From a virus, in the IMG/VR virus record IMGVR_UViG_3300044568_002423: a stretch of DNA of 64,000 nucleotides, one strand, 5' to 3'. Shown piece by piece: positions 10,024 through 19,448 of the stretch. The notes under the pieces are model-generated. The model was given only the letters and a program-made list of their open reading frames with translations, was not told the DNA's origin and made no database searches. How positions within the stretch are numbered: the stretch's first letter is position 1; every line of letters begins with the position of its first letter. Position numbers and translations under genes: made by a program.

Positions 10024-10533
10024 TTATCCTATGTAATCTATAGTATATACAGTCCAACTGCCACCCCATGTTTTTCCAGAATTTTGATTTCCTCTAAATT
10101 CTAAATTATCACCGGCATTTGCATAACAGATCCAGCTCCAACCAAGTGTTGTGTATCCACCAGTTCCACTGATAGTATTATGAGCACCAGTATTCATCTG
10201 CCCGTCATTTTTTGCAGCCCAGTGATGCCAATTAGTTCTACATAATGCGCTAGCAGTCATGCGATACGCACCAGTTCTTGGACAATAAAATCTATTTCCA
10301 GTAAAGGTAAAAGTTCCAGAAGAACTCGCCAGTGCTATTGGATCCAAATAGTTATTTGCACCAGCGACAACATCTCCACCAAAACCCCCAGTCATTAATG
10401 CCGTTACATGCTTGGTGTCTGACAATGTACCGCTTGAATAGCTATAGCTAAGTCTGTCAGTACCACCAGTTTGAACAACCATGTTCCCACTAGCATTTAC
10501 ATAAATTTGTGTTCCATTTCCCTGTATAGCCAT
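10024..10533 (-). CDS. C1q/TNF-like domain protein (fibre tip paralogue A)
   Basis: RFYCPRTGAYRMT...ANAGDNLEF; fibre-type TGGTDRL segment. Confidence 0.65.
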   Translation of the reverse strand: MAIQGNGTQIYVNASGNMVVQTGGTDRLSYSYSSGTLSDTKHVTALMTGGFGGDVVAGANNYLDPIALASSSGTFTFTGNRFYCPRTGAYRMTASALCRTNWHHWAAKNDGQMNTGAHNTISGTGGYTTLGWSWICYANAGDNLEFRGNQNSGKTWGGSWTVYTIDYIG

Positions 10534-10535
10534 AG

Positions 10536-11849
10536 TTAATTACCAGCTGATTTAGGTGGAACTTCTGTTGGGTCAACTTCTATTAACGCAAATTTAAATG
10601 CCTTACCGGTTTTATTATTGGTTAGATAAAGGTTTTCTTCACCTTCAATCATGGTATAATCACCTATGCCATTACTTAGATGTAAATCTTGTGTGTAGAT
10701 GTTTCGCCATCTTAAACTACTTGTTCCTAAATCATACGTGTTCGTAGCAGCAGGTACCAGCATACCATCAGTTTGCCATCCACCTCGATATTGCGGTCCA
10801 GTGCTATAATTACCGGTTGTAAAAAATCCCAATGCGGTACCATCCGATCCATTTTCAGCACATACTATTGCCGCTTGTGTATTACCAGCACCTTGCGTAA
10901 AACTAATTCCATACTGTTTAGTAGCAGTTGCACTAGTTCCACCAGTAGCGGAAGAAATATGTAAATCCAATTTAGTAGAAGTTGTAATACTACCAAATCT
11001 TGTACCACCCGAATCAACCCCACCGGATGGTTTATTAATTGTCAATATACTACCAGTTAACGTCATGGTATTCGTAGTACCACCATACCATCTGTGATTG
11101 TCCCCAGTGGTAGGAACGCTATACCACAATGTGCTGCTATCCATACCCATTGCAAAATCAACGGCAGATGCTGAAATATTTGGATAAAATACGATCTTTG
11201 TGCCAGCAGCTCGTGTAGTAAATGCTGGAGCAGCAAGCCCATTTGTATTAAAATCTATTCGATTACCAGTAGTGCCATTTAAATACAATTGGCCACTACC
11301 AGTAGCGGCATTATTGGCAGCAGTTGATTGGATTTGTCCAGTAGAAGCAGTCAGGGTAGTAAATTTTCCTGATCCTGCTACAGTTACTCCAACATTAACA
11401 TTATCCATTGTTCCAGTAGTAGCTGGGTTGATAGTAACCACGCCAGAACCACTTGGGCTAATTACAACATTGGCATTAGCGGGACTTAAGGCGACTGCCG
11501 CACTAGCATTAATAGTTGTGGCCACTAATGCCCCACCATTTTCATTAATTATAACATAATTCGTACCATCTGATGCCAAGGTAATGGTAGTTAGTGTTGG
11601 AATGGTTTGTGAACTAGTTCCAGAACTACTCGGTCCTTTAAATATACCGGATGGCGTAGTGATTGTAATTACTCCAGCGGTGGCATTATAGAATGTCTGT
11701 GTTTCTCCAAAATAAATAGTTGGATTTGGTATGGTTACTGTGTAGGGTGCCGTACCGGTAAACTGGGTAAATAACCCCTGCGCGGGAACCGCGACGGTTC
11801 CCGTTGAAGTAACTGTATTTGCCGATGATACGGTATTATATCTTGCCAT
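10536..11849 (-). CDS. Tail/fibre protein, copy B (shared N-terminal ~260 aa; C-terminus with DLGTSSLRWRNIYTQDLHLSN...IEGEENLYL)
   Basis: Thr/Gly/Ser-rich beta-fibre composition; N-terminal half nearly identical to 30489..31598; C-terminal motif of a type seen at the ends of aquatic-phage fibres. Confidence 0.75.
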   Translation of the reverse strand: MARYNTVSSANTVTSTGTVAVPAQGLFTQFTGTAPYTVTIPNPTIYFGETQTFYNATAGVITITTPSGIFKGPSSSGTSSQTIPTLTTITLASDGTNYVIINENGGALVATTINASAAVALSPANANVVISPSGSGVVTINPATTGTMDNVNVGVTVAGSGKFTTLTASTGQIQSTAANNAATGSGQLYLNGTTGNRIDFNTNGLAAPAFTTRAAGTKIVFYPNISASAVDFAMGMDSSTLWYSVPTTGDNHRWYGGTTNTMTLTGSILTINKPSGGVDSGGTRFGSITTSTKLDLHISSATGGTSATATKQYGISFTQGAGNTQAAIVCAENGSDGTALGFFTTGNYSTGPQYRGGWQTDGMLVPAATNTYDLGTSSLRWRNIYTQDLHLSNGIGDYTMIEGEENLYLTNNKTGKAFKFALIEVDPTEVPPKSAGN

Positions 11850-11874
11850 TTATTTGTTCTCGTTAAAGGTAGTA
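11080..11874 (-). repeat. Long direct repeat, copy B (pairs with ~30832-31623)
   Basis: High nucleotide identity, including a perfect 124-bp block (11531-11654 = 31280-31403) and 25 nt upstream of the ATG; left boundary approximate. Confidence 0.9.
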
Positions 11875-11882
11875 TTATATTA

Positions 11883-11890
11883 TATTTATC
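11883..11890 (-). promoter_or_regulatory. Late-type promoter GATAAATA for the fibre B / C1q / halogenase operon
   Basis: Motif lies 33 nt upstream of the ATG at 11849; the same motif heads most operons in the window. Confidence 0.65.
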
Positions 11891-11994
11891 ATAATATTTC
11901 AACACCATAGTTTTGTATATAATGTAAAATTTCATTTGTGTCCCCACCGGTAAAATTAAATGATATATAGTTGTATAATATATTAGGAGAAACT

Positions 11995-12300
11995 ATGACA
12001 CATATTATACCGATTCGAGATCGTTTACTAGTAAAAAAGATTGAAGACGAACTCAAAACAAAAACTGGGCTCATTCTTTCTGATGATACAAAAGAACGAC
12101 CCACAAAAGGCACAGTATTGGCATGTGGGGAAGGTAGATTAAATGATGATGGCAAACTTTTACCTATGATTATCAAATTGGGAGATACAATTTTATATCC
12201 AAAATATGCAGGTCACCCAATCAAAGTTGATAATGAGGAATATTTAATCCTCGACGAAGACGAAGTTTTAGGAATTTTAAAGGAAACTACAAATGGCTAA
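11995..12300 (+). CDS. groES: Co-chaperonin GroES (start revised to 11995)
   Basis: PIRDRLLVK...GLIL...GTVLACGEG...GDTILYPKYAG...EYLILDEDEVLG; AGGAGA SD before the ATG at 11995. Confidence 0.95.
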   Translation: MTHIIPIRDRLLVKKIEDELKTKTGLILSDDTKERPTKGTVLACGEGRLNDDGKLLPMIIKLGDTILYPKYAGHPIKVDNEEYLILDEDEVLGILKETTNG

Positions 12301-13957
12301 GGTTAATCATAGAGTAGTGGTCATGGGCCAAGAAAGTAGAGAAAGATTAGTAAAAGGTGTCAACATTTTAGGCGATGCCGTTAAGGTTACACTCGGCCCA
12401 AAAGGACGAAATGTAATAATACAGAGGCAATTTGGGGCACCGCACGTCACAAAAGATGGCGTTACTGTCGCTAAGGAAATATTTTTAAAAGATAAATTAG
12501 CAGATACCGGCGTGCGCATGATTAAACAAGCTGCAAGTCAAACATCAGATGATATTGGCGATGGTACTACAACAGCAACGGTATTGGCACAAGCAATGAT
12601 TCGTGAAGGAATGAAATTTGTATCAGCTGGAATTAGTCCAATCAATCTTAAACGTGGCATCGATAAAGCAGTAGCGGAAGTTATTGAAGAATTAGATAAA
12701 ATAAGCAAAGAATGCAGTGATCCAATAACAATCGCTCAGGTAGCATCTATATCTGCCAATAATGACAATGAAATCGGACAGTTGATTGCTGATGCGTTGA
12801 TAAAAGTAGGAAAACATGGCGTTGTTACTGTTGAAACTGGGTCTGGATTGAAGGATGAGTTAGCAATAGTAAATGGTTTGATGTATGACCAGGGATATTT
12901 GTCAGAATATTTTATCAATTCAGATAAACAACGATGTATATTGGAAAATCCATATATCTTAATTTGTGATAGACCAATCTTAAACATTAATGATGTTGTT
13001 TCCATTTTAGAAAAATTAGTTGGAACTAAAAGACCATTTCTTATTATGGCAGAAAGTGTTGAGGCAGATGTGTTGGCAACACTTGTTATCAATAACGTGC
13101 AGGGAAATATTGTCGCATGTGCGGTACGTGGACCAGATTGGAAGGGTGCTAGACGAAGCCAATTAATAGAAGACATTGCTATATTGACCGGTGGAAAAGT
13201 AATTTCTGATACCACTGGTAAACGTGTTGAAAATGCCGAATTGGAAGATTGTGGCCAATGTAATCGTATTGAAATCACAAGAGATTCAACTACCATTATT
13301 GGTGGACACGGAGATAAAGTCAAACTGGCTGCTCGTATAGCAGCTATTCAACATACACTTGATGATCCATCAAATGATGGTATATTTGGCAAAGATGATC
13401 ATAGAGAAAGAATAGCAAAATTGTCAGGCGGCGTTGGTGTCATTCGTGTTGGTTCTGCCACCAAAGTAGAATTAGGTGAGAAGAAAGATCGTATAGATGA
13501 TTCATTACACGCAACTAAATCAGCCATCGAAGATGGCATTGTTCCAGGTGGCGGAGTGTCCTATATTAGGGCGAAAGAAAAACTTAAGAATTTTAAAAGT
13601 ACCAATGAAGAACAAAATGCGGGAATTCAAATAGTACTTCGCGCTTTAGAAGAACCATTACGCCAAATTGCTTTTAATGCTGGTGATAGCCCAGATGTTA
13701 TAGTAAATAAAGTAACAGAAGGCGATGATGAGTTTGGTTATGATGCCAGTGATAGCAAGTTTGGAAATATGTTTGATATAGGGATTATCGACCCTGCTAA
13801 AGTTGTCAAAACAGCATTGATAAATGCTGCCAGTGTTGCTGGATTGCTATTAACTACCGACTGTGCTATATATGAAGATGAAGATGAACAAGATTTATCA
13901 ATTATCGGTCCTAGTACGCCAGCTGGACAACCATTACCAACACAATACAATCAATAA
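12293..13957 (+). CDS. groEL: Chaperonin GroEL
   Basis: VKVTLGPKGRNV, TKDGVTVAKEI, GDGTTTATVLAQA, GIVPGGG, IIDPAKV. Confidence 0.97.
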   Translation: MAKVNHRVVVMGQESRERLVKGVNILGDAVKVTLGPKGRNVIIQRQFGAPHVTKDGVTVAKEIFLKDKLADTGVRMIKQAASQTSDDIGDGTTTATVLAQAMIREGMKFVSAGISPINLKRGIDKAVAEVIEELDKISKECSDPITIAQVASISANNDNEIGQLIADALIKVGKHGVVTVETGSGLKDELAIVNGLMYDQGYLSEYFINSDKQRCILENPYILICDRPILNINDVVSILEKLVGTKRPFLIMAESVEADVLATLVINNVQGNIVACAVRGPDWKGARRSQLIEDIAILTGGKVISDTTGKRVENAELEDCGQCNRIEITRDSTTIIGGHGDKVKLAARIAAIQHTLDDPSNDGIFGKDDHRERIAKLSGGVGVIRVGSATKVELGEKKDRIDDSLHATKSAIEDGIVPGGGVSYIRAKEKLKNFKSTNEEQNAGIQIVLRALEEPLRQIAFNAGDSPDVIVNKVTEGDDEFGYDASDSKFGNMFDIGIIDPAKVVKTALINAASVAGLLLTTDCAIYEDEDEQDLSIIGPSTPAGQPLPTQYNQ

Positions 13958-13969
13958 TATACTATTGAC

Positions 13970-13997
13970 AAAAAAGGCAGAAATATCTGCCTTTTTT
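13970..13997. terminator. Bidirectional intrinsic terminator
   Basis: AAAAAAGGCAGA-aata-TCTGCCTTTTTT between the convergent groEL and chaperone genes. Confidence 0.85.
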
Positions 13998-14007
13998 ATT
14001 GTCTAAA

Positions 14008-14442
14008 TTATGGCTTAACAGGCCAAACAGGATCCCATGGAAACTGTATTTGTGTCGGTAAATCACGCAAAGCTTGTCGATATTCAGCCCAAGCCGCAAT
14101 AGTTTCTTCTGTAAATCTACTTTGGGTAGATGGAAATTCAGTGAAATCACTTTCTAATAACAGTTGATTTCTTGTAGATATAACCTTTGCTTCAACTTCA
14201 TCTTGCTCAGGTGGCTGTGTTCTAAAATCACCCAATCCATGTTGTAATTCACCAAACTCTTCTGCTAATAATTTTTCGTATAACTCTTGTGCAAATTCAT
14301 TGTTTGCGTGAGGTGAGGTATAAAAGTCAGTGGCATTGACACATCCTTTAAATATAATCTTACACCATATTGCCTCTACCCCAATCATGTAGGCAGCTAG
14401 TGTAATTTCTTCTATATCATCTACTGTAAATTTCTTTACCAT
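14008..14442 (-). CDS. Phage tail-fibre assembly chaperone
   Basis: C-terminal RNQLLLESDFT...AWAEYRQALRDLP...FPWDPVWPVKP motif. Confidence 0.85.
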   Translation of the reverse strand: MVKKFTVDDIEEITLAAYMIGVEAIWCKIIFKGCVNATDFYTSPHANNEFAQELYEKLLAEEFGELQHGLGDFRTQPPEQDEVEAKVISTRNQLLLESDFTEFPSTQSRFTEETIAAWAEYRQALRDLPTQIQFPWDPVWPVKP

Positions 14443-14467
14443 TATAATTCCTTAATTCTTTATTAGC

Positions 14468-14475
14468 TATTTATC
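14468..14475 (-). promoter_or_regulatory. Late-type promoter GATAAATA
   Basis: Just upstream of the fibre chaperone gene. Confidence 0.55.
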
Positions 14476-15127
14476 ATTTTTTATTACGCCACCCAATATT
14501 TAGCCGTTTATCATATGCGTATTCTGGATAATAAGGACCATTTTTATCAACAAAGTGAAAAAATGCCTGTACTTGGTAGGATTGAGTATCAGGTATATTA
14601 AATGGGGTACGCCAATGCTCTATTTCACATCCTCGATAAATTATCATATCACCTGGTTCTTGTATTAAGTATTTTCCTGGATTATTGGCGCTTACGAACT
14701 CACCATCTGGTCCGTGTACATCATGTGAATCTTTATCAACATACATCCCCCATCTATAATCAGCATCAACTTGTTTATAATTATATCCAAAACACACAGT
14801 GGTGCTTATTTCGCAGCTTTCTCTATCTTTGTGTCTAGGTAACTCCATGCCAGGTCGGTATACTCTATAATAGGTATAAGTGGGACACAATGATAAACCG
14901 GTATGTTCTTCCATATGAGGATGTAAAAAGTGAAGCATTGTTTCCATCAAGGTATCACTGTATACAGAATGAGCATCTTGTACCTGTGCATCCTGCCCTA
15001 CTTCTGGTGAAAACTCAGTTTCTTCTTTCAATAACGCGTATTTTGTAATAATACGACACACATCGGCTGGAATCACTTTTTTTAAATCTAAATATCGGTC
15101 TTGCTTGAAAGTATCTTTATTATTCAT
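14474..15127 (-). CDS. 2OG-Fe(II) oxygenase
   Basis: RHKDRESCEIS (HxD)...PGDMIIYRGCEIEHWR (distal His). Confidence 0.8.
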   Translation of the reverse strand: MNNKDTFKQDRYLDLKKVIPADVCRIITKYALLKEETEFSPEVGQDAQVQDAHSVYSDTLMETMLHFLHPHMEEHTGLSLCPTYTYYRVYRPGMELPRHKDRESCEISTTVCFGYNYKQVDADYRWGMYVDKDSHDVHGPDGEFVSANNPGKYLIQEPGDMIIYRGCEIEHWRTPFNIPDTQSYQVQAFFHFVDKNGPYYPEYAYDKRLNIGWRNKK

Positions 15128-15909
15128 CTAAATGGTTTTCCTAAATTCCATGCTACTAAACTATATCTAGTACCAAATGTAACTGGAGTTACTTGATGTT
15201 GAATATGGGATGGAAATACCACCACTGAACCTCTTGGTCGTATTTCCTTACAGGTATGATACCGATCAGGACGATGGGGACCTAAATCAAATCTTAAATT
15301 TCCACCTTTATATTCAGTTGGCTCGTTTAAGCTGATAGTAACACTTAGTTTTCGTATTTTTCCAATCATTTTCTCATTAGTGGTCGCAGTATGATCTTCT
15401 GGCATTGGCTCACCAAATAAATCCAACATCGTGGTACCATCTGTATTTTTATGATACAAATCTACTTCTGGATTCAACTGTCTATATGGTTTTTCACTAC
15501 AGTCGGCGTGCCATCCATAGAATTGTCCAACATTATATTTTGTAAATTGAAAATCTTCAGTATAATCCCAATCAAAATTCCAATTTGCTTGTGCGTTTGC
15601 CTCATGTATATATGGCCATATAAGATCATAAAGGCGCGAGTCACTTAAAAAAGTTACTTTCGAATCCCTGACATAAGCTTTTTCCAAATCAACTTTATTT
15701 TTCATAAGATTACTAACTGATTTGGAATTGACAGGTTCCCCACTTAATGTGTTCTTCTGCTTCCAACCACTAGTTGAACCATCCGTGGCCGTCGAACCAT
15801 ATTTTAGCTGCTGCTCGTGCATTTGGGTTATACCCATTTCAAGAATTTGGTCACAAATTTCCGGGGGAATTACCGATTTAAAAAACCAATAATTGTATTC
15901 TAAGATCAT
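15124..15909 (-). CDS. 2OG-Fe(II) oxygenase, prolyl-4-hydroxylase/PKHD-like
   Basis: QFTKY...YGWHAD...RKLSVT...GGNL...FPSHIQHQVTPVTFGTRYSLVAW. Confidence 0.9.
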   Translation of the reverse strand: MILEYNYWFFKSVIPPEICDQILEMGITQMHEQQLKYGSTATDGSTSGWKQKNTLSGEPVNSKSVSNLMKNKVDLEKAYVRDSKVTFLSDSRLYDLIWPYIHEANAQANWNFDWDYTEDFQFTKYNVGQFYGWHADCSEKPYRQLNPEVDLYHKNTDGTTMLDLFGEPMPEDHTATTNEKMIGKIRKLSVTISLNEPTEYKGGNLRFDLGPHRPDRYHTCKEIRPRGSVVVFPSHIQHQVTPVTFGTRYSLVAWNLGKPFR

Positions 15910-16538
15910 TTAAATAATGCTCCATGTACATGACCAATTATGATGTGATTAGTGCCTTTAGTAACCGGAGTAATTCTATAAGGCATAAATGATGGGAATA
16001 TTAAACAGTGTCCTTGCGTAGATATACCTGATTCAGACGTATCAACGTTTAAAAATTCAATTTTCCCACCTTCATAATCATCTGGATTAGACAAATTAAC
16101 AATAAATGAAATTTTTCTAGATGGTGCCATTGGACTTATTTCAATATGCCAATTATAATAATCTTTTTCCGAATACTTGAATATTTGTGGAAAATCTTGA
16201 TCAATAATTCCTAATAGATTAAAGTCATAAATTGTATCGTTGGCATTTTTGGTTATTGTTCTAATATCCATGAATGGATATCCCTGAACATCGCCACGTA
16301 ATTTTTGGCGTTTGGCCAAATGTAAAGCAGTATCGCCAATTATTCTAGCGGGCAACCATAGCTCCTCTATACAATTTTCTAAAATACCGTTGCATTGTTC
16401 TTCAGTGAACAGTTCAGCTTTATTAATCGATACTATGTCTAAAGATGCCAATTCAGTTGGTTTAGTCGCTGCCAAATCTGTAAAACTACTGTCTGATATA
16501 GGCGCGTCTGGTTCGTTATTAGTCATAAAATACTCCAT
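15906..16538 (-). CDS. PKHD-like 2OG-Fe(II) oxygenase paralogue with degenerate active site
   Basis: YNWHIE...RKISF...GGKI...FPSFMPYRITPVTKGTNH: distal His replaced by Tyr, 2OG-binding Arg replaced by Asn. Confidence 0.75.
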   Translation of the reverse strand: MEYFMTNNEPDAPISDSSFTDLAATKPTELASLDIVSINKAELFTEEQCNGILENCIEELWLPARIIGDTALHLAKRQKLRGDVQGYPFMDIRTITKNANDTIYDFNLLGIIDQDFPQIFKYSEKDYYNWHIEISPMAPSRKISFIVNLSNPDDYEGGKIEFLNVDTSESGISTQGHCLIFPSFMPYRITPVTKGTNHIIIGHVHGALFK

Positions 16539-16552
16539 TGTTTATTTTATAT

Positions 16553-16613
16553 TACTTATACAAATAACAACAGGTAATAAAAATTTATATCACTGTTTGT
16601 AAGCTAATAAATA
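16553..16613. promoter_or_regulatory. Divergent late-type promoters (TATAAGTA on - at 16553-16560; AATAAATA on + at 16606-16613)
   Basis: Located in the 100-bp gap between the divergent oxygenase and halogenase operons. Confidence 0.5.
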
Positions 16614-16638
16614 CCTCAATTAACACACATAAGGAAAT

Positions 16639-17244
16639 ATGTTAGATAAAATAACCCGTGCGCCGGTGACCATATATCAAAATGAACATGACCATATAGA
16701 GAAATTTGTAATGGGTCCCACCTTTCCTTGGTATTGGCAAAATCAACAGACATTCAATACTGAAGAATTTTATAATGAAAATTTACCCGAATGGCTATTA
16801 CCTCACCTAACACATTACAACGCACCATTTCTAAGTCATACCTTGTTACGTCGGTCAGATGATGAAAATGTAAACCATCTAGAACGTCATGCTAGTGATT
16901 TTTCACCACATTATGAATTTTTTATGGAAATATTTCATAGATTTACAGTAGAGCAAGGCATACCATATAGGAAAATATTTCGTGCTAATCTCAATTTAAA
17001 CTGGTATAATGGAGATTATCACACTGAACCACATTATGACCATGCATGGCCGCATCATAATTTTATCATGTATCTCACTAGTTGCGAACATGGACAAACC
17101 ATTCTTTGGCCACCTGACTTTTTAACTAGTTATTTGGTACCGTGTGAACAATACACAGCTGTTGCTTTTAGACAACAATGGCACGCTCATAGATATCCAG
17201 CACAAGGAGACAAACGTATTGTGTTTGTCGTCACATATATATAA
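16639..17244 (+). CDS. 2OG-Fe(II) oxygenase-fold protein
   Basis: FPWY...TEPHYD (HxD)...IMYL...GQT...WHAH...KRIVFVVTY. Confidence 0.75.
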   Translation: MLDKITRAPVTIYQNEHDHIEKFVMGPTFPWYWQNQQTFNTEEFYNENLPEWLLPHLTHYNAPFLSHTLLRRSDDENVNHLERHASDFSPHYEFFMEIFHRFTVEQGIPYRKIFRANLNLNWYNGDYHTEPHYDHAWPHHNFIMYLTSCEHGQTILWPPDFLTSYLVPCEQYTAVAFRQQWHAHRYPAQGDKRIVFVVTYI

Positions 17245-17257
17245 ATTAGGGAATTAA

Positions 17258-18820
17258 ATGAATATAGTTATAGTAGGAGGAGGAACTGCTGGTTGGGTTT
17301 CAGCATTAATGGCAAGCAGTCGTTTCCCAGAACATACAATTACCGTCATAGAATCGACAAAGATAGGAATAGTTGGTGTTGGAGAAAGCACGACGGGCAG
17401 ATTGACAGATGTATTAATCAACTTTGCTTATGAATATGGGTGTGACCACGACGAATTTATAGCCGAGACTGGTGCTACGTTAAAATATGCTATTAATCAC
17501 AAGGGGTGGACTAATGATATCAATCAAGCATACCTTGGTCCCATTGATGGAAGTTGGACTAGAGATAGTTCTCCAGATGCTATGTTTTCCTGGGGATTAA
17601 GTAATTTACAACATTCTAAATTGTTGTTAACTTCTAGAATGGGACATATGATAGACAGAGGTTCTTCAAATTTTAACAAGACTACTAATAAATTTTCTAA
17701 TTATGGACATGCCCTACATGTAGATGCACACCTCGTAGGGAAATATTTTAAGAAAGTCTGTATGCGAAATAACTCCAATACCAACCATATAGACAGCGAA
17801 GTAATTCAGGTAAATCTAAATTTAGAAAATGGATTTATTAAAAATGTAGTGTTATCGAATGGTGAAACAATAGAGGGAGATTTCTTTATAGATTGTTCAG
17901 GATTTAATAAAGTTTTAATGAACCAGTTATCTACCAAATGGATAAGCTATCAGAAAAATCTGCCGCTTAATACCGGTTTGCCGTTTTCTTTGACGTATAA
18001 AGAAGGGGAAATGCCATTACCCTACACAAATGCGTGGGCGCAGAAAAATGGATGGATGTGGCAAATTCCCTTAATGGACCGACAAGGATGCGGATATGTG
18101 TTCTGTGATGCGTTTACAACTCCAGATAAAGCACAAGAAGAAATAGAAACCATTTTAGGACGTGAAATTGCCCCAGTAAAGGTTATAAAATTTGACGCCG
18201 GTAGACAAGAGTCAGCATGGGTTAAAAATTGCTTGGCGATTGGATTAGCGTCAGCATTCCTGGAACCATTGGAAGCAACTTCCATTCATGCGACCATTGT
18301 CCAAGCCCACAATTTTGTATTTGAATATTTAAAGCCGACATTATATGATACAATTAACGAAGGTTCTAGACGTATTTACAATCAACGCACTCGTGCTATG
18401 TATGACGATGTAAAAGATTTTCTAGTAATGCATTATATGGGTGGCAGGAACGATAGTGAGTTTTGGAAAATGATAGGAACTGGCGTGACAAAAACTGATT
18501 ATGTAGAAGACCTATTACATATGGCAAAATCCAAAGTGCCATCTAATAATGATTTCCCAAATTATTCCGGGTCAGCAGGTTGGCCATTATATAGTTTTGT
18601 TATGGCTGGTCTCAACCTAATTGATAAAAACGCAGCTGCAAATGAATTAGAAATGATAATACCAGAATATGGAGATTTGCGCTCGATAACAACCGAAGTG
18701 TATTATGACATGCAAGATAGATGGGATGGTGAATTGAAAGCTAACTATTCATATAATGATTTTATAAAATATTTTAGAAATATACGAGGGGATAATGGCT
18801 TTTCAGATATCAAATATTAA
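17258..18820 (+). CDS. Flavin-dependent tryptophan-halogenase-family protein (4 of 7)
   Basis: GGGTAGW, GVGESTT, ATLKYAI, WMWQIP, FLEPLEATSIH. Confidence 0.9.
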   Translation: MNIVIVGGGTAGWVSALMASSRFPEHTITVIESTKIGIVGVGESTTGRLTDVLINFAYEYGCDHDEFIAETGATLKYAINHKGWTNDINQAYLGPIDGSWTRDSSPDAMFSWGLSNLQHSKLLLTSRMGHMIDRGSSNFNKTTNKFSNYGHALHVDAHLVGKYFKKVCMRNNSNTNHIDSEVIQVNLNLENGFIKNVVLSNGETIEGDFFIDCSGFNKVLMNQLSTKWISYQKNLPLNTGLPFSLTYKEGEMPLPYTNAWAQKNGWMWQIPLMDRQGCGYVFCDAFTTPDKAQEEIETILGREIAPVKVIKFDAGRQESAWVKNCLAIGLASAFLEPLEATSIHATIVQAHNFVFEYLKPTLYDTINEGSRRIYNQRTRAMYDDVKDFLVMHYMGGRNDSEFWKMIGTGVTKTDYVEDLLHMAKSKVPSNNDFPNYSGSAGWPLYSFVMAGLNLIDKNAAANELEMIIPEYGDLRSITTEVYYDMQDRWDGELKANYSYNDFIKYFRNIRGDNGFSDIKY

Positions 18821-19448
18821 AGATGAAATTTTAATAATACATGATCTAGTTCCAAAGTCATTTCAAGATGCCATAGTGGATAGAATACAGGGAGATCAAC
18901 ATTTTCCATGGTTCCTATTACATAAAATTGGGCATCCTGATCATTATGGAAAGGGGATTAATCCAAATTATTCAAATCCAAATATCACAGATGATGTTGG
19001 ATTTTTTCATATGGCATTTGATGGTGACTTTATATCGCCACATTATGATTTCTTTAGAACTATATTAGAATTCTTTACCGATAAGACCAATATACAGATA
19101 GGAAATATCCTACGGGTAAGATTGCGATATACCCATAAGGGAAAGGATCACGATAAACACAAATACGCTGCTCCCCACGTTGATTTCAATACTGGATATC
19201 CATACAACACATTAGTATATTATGTCGATGATAGTGATGGCGACACCGTTATCTTTGATAAAATATTTAATCCACTAGAGGAAGAATATGATCCAGCATT
19301 TACCAAACCATTACCGGAACTACTTCGTCATACACCTAAAAAGGGCACCGGATTATTTTTCAATGGACATAGATATCATGCCGGAAATTACCCAGTTGAG
19401 TTTAGTTCCAGGATTATAATAAATTTTGATTTCGAGGTGGTATCTTGA
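18795..19448 (+). CDS. 2OG-Fe(II) oxygenase-fold protein
   Basis: FPWF...APHVD...VYYVDDSDGDT...RYHAG..P...RIIINF. Confidence 0.8.
   Translation: MAFQISNIKDEILIIHDLVPKSFQDAIVDRIQGDQHFPWFLLHKIGHPDHYGKGINPNYSNPNITDDVGFFHMAFDGDFISPHYDFFRTILEFFTDKTNIQIGNILRVRLRYTHKGKDHDKHKYAAPHVDFNTGYPYNTLVYYVDDSDGDTVIFDKIFNPLEEEYDPAFTKPLPELLRHTPKKGTGLFFNGHRYHAGNYPVEFSSRIIINFDFEVVS

Noticed and set aside
11891-11994. CIRCE or sigma32 heat-shock control of groESL
   Set aside because: No CIRCE inverted repeat; the CCCCAC at 11942 lacks a matching CTTGAA -35.
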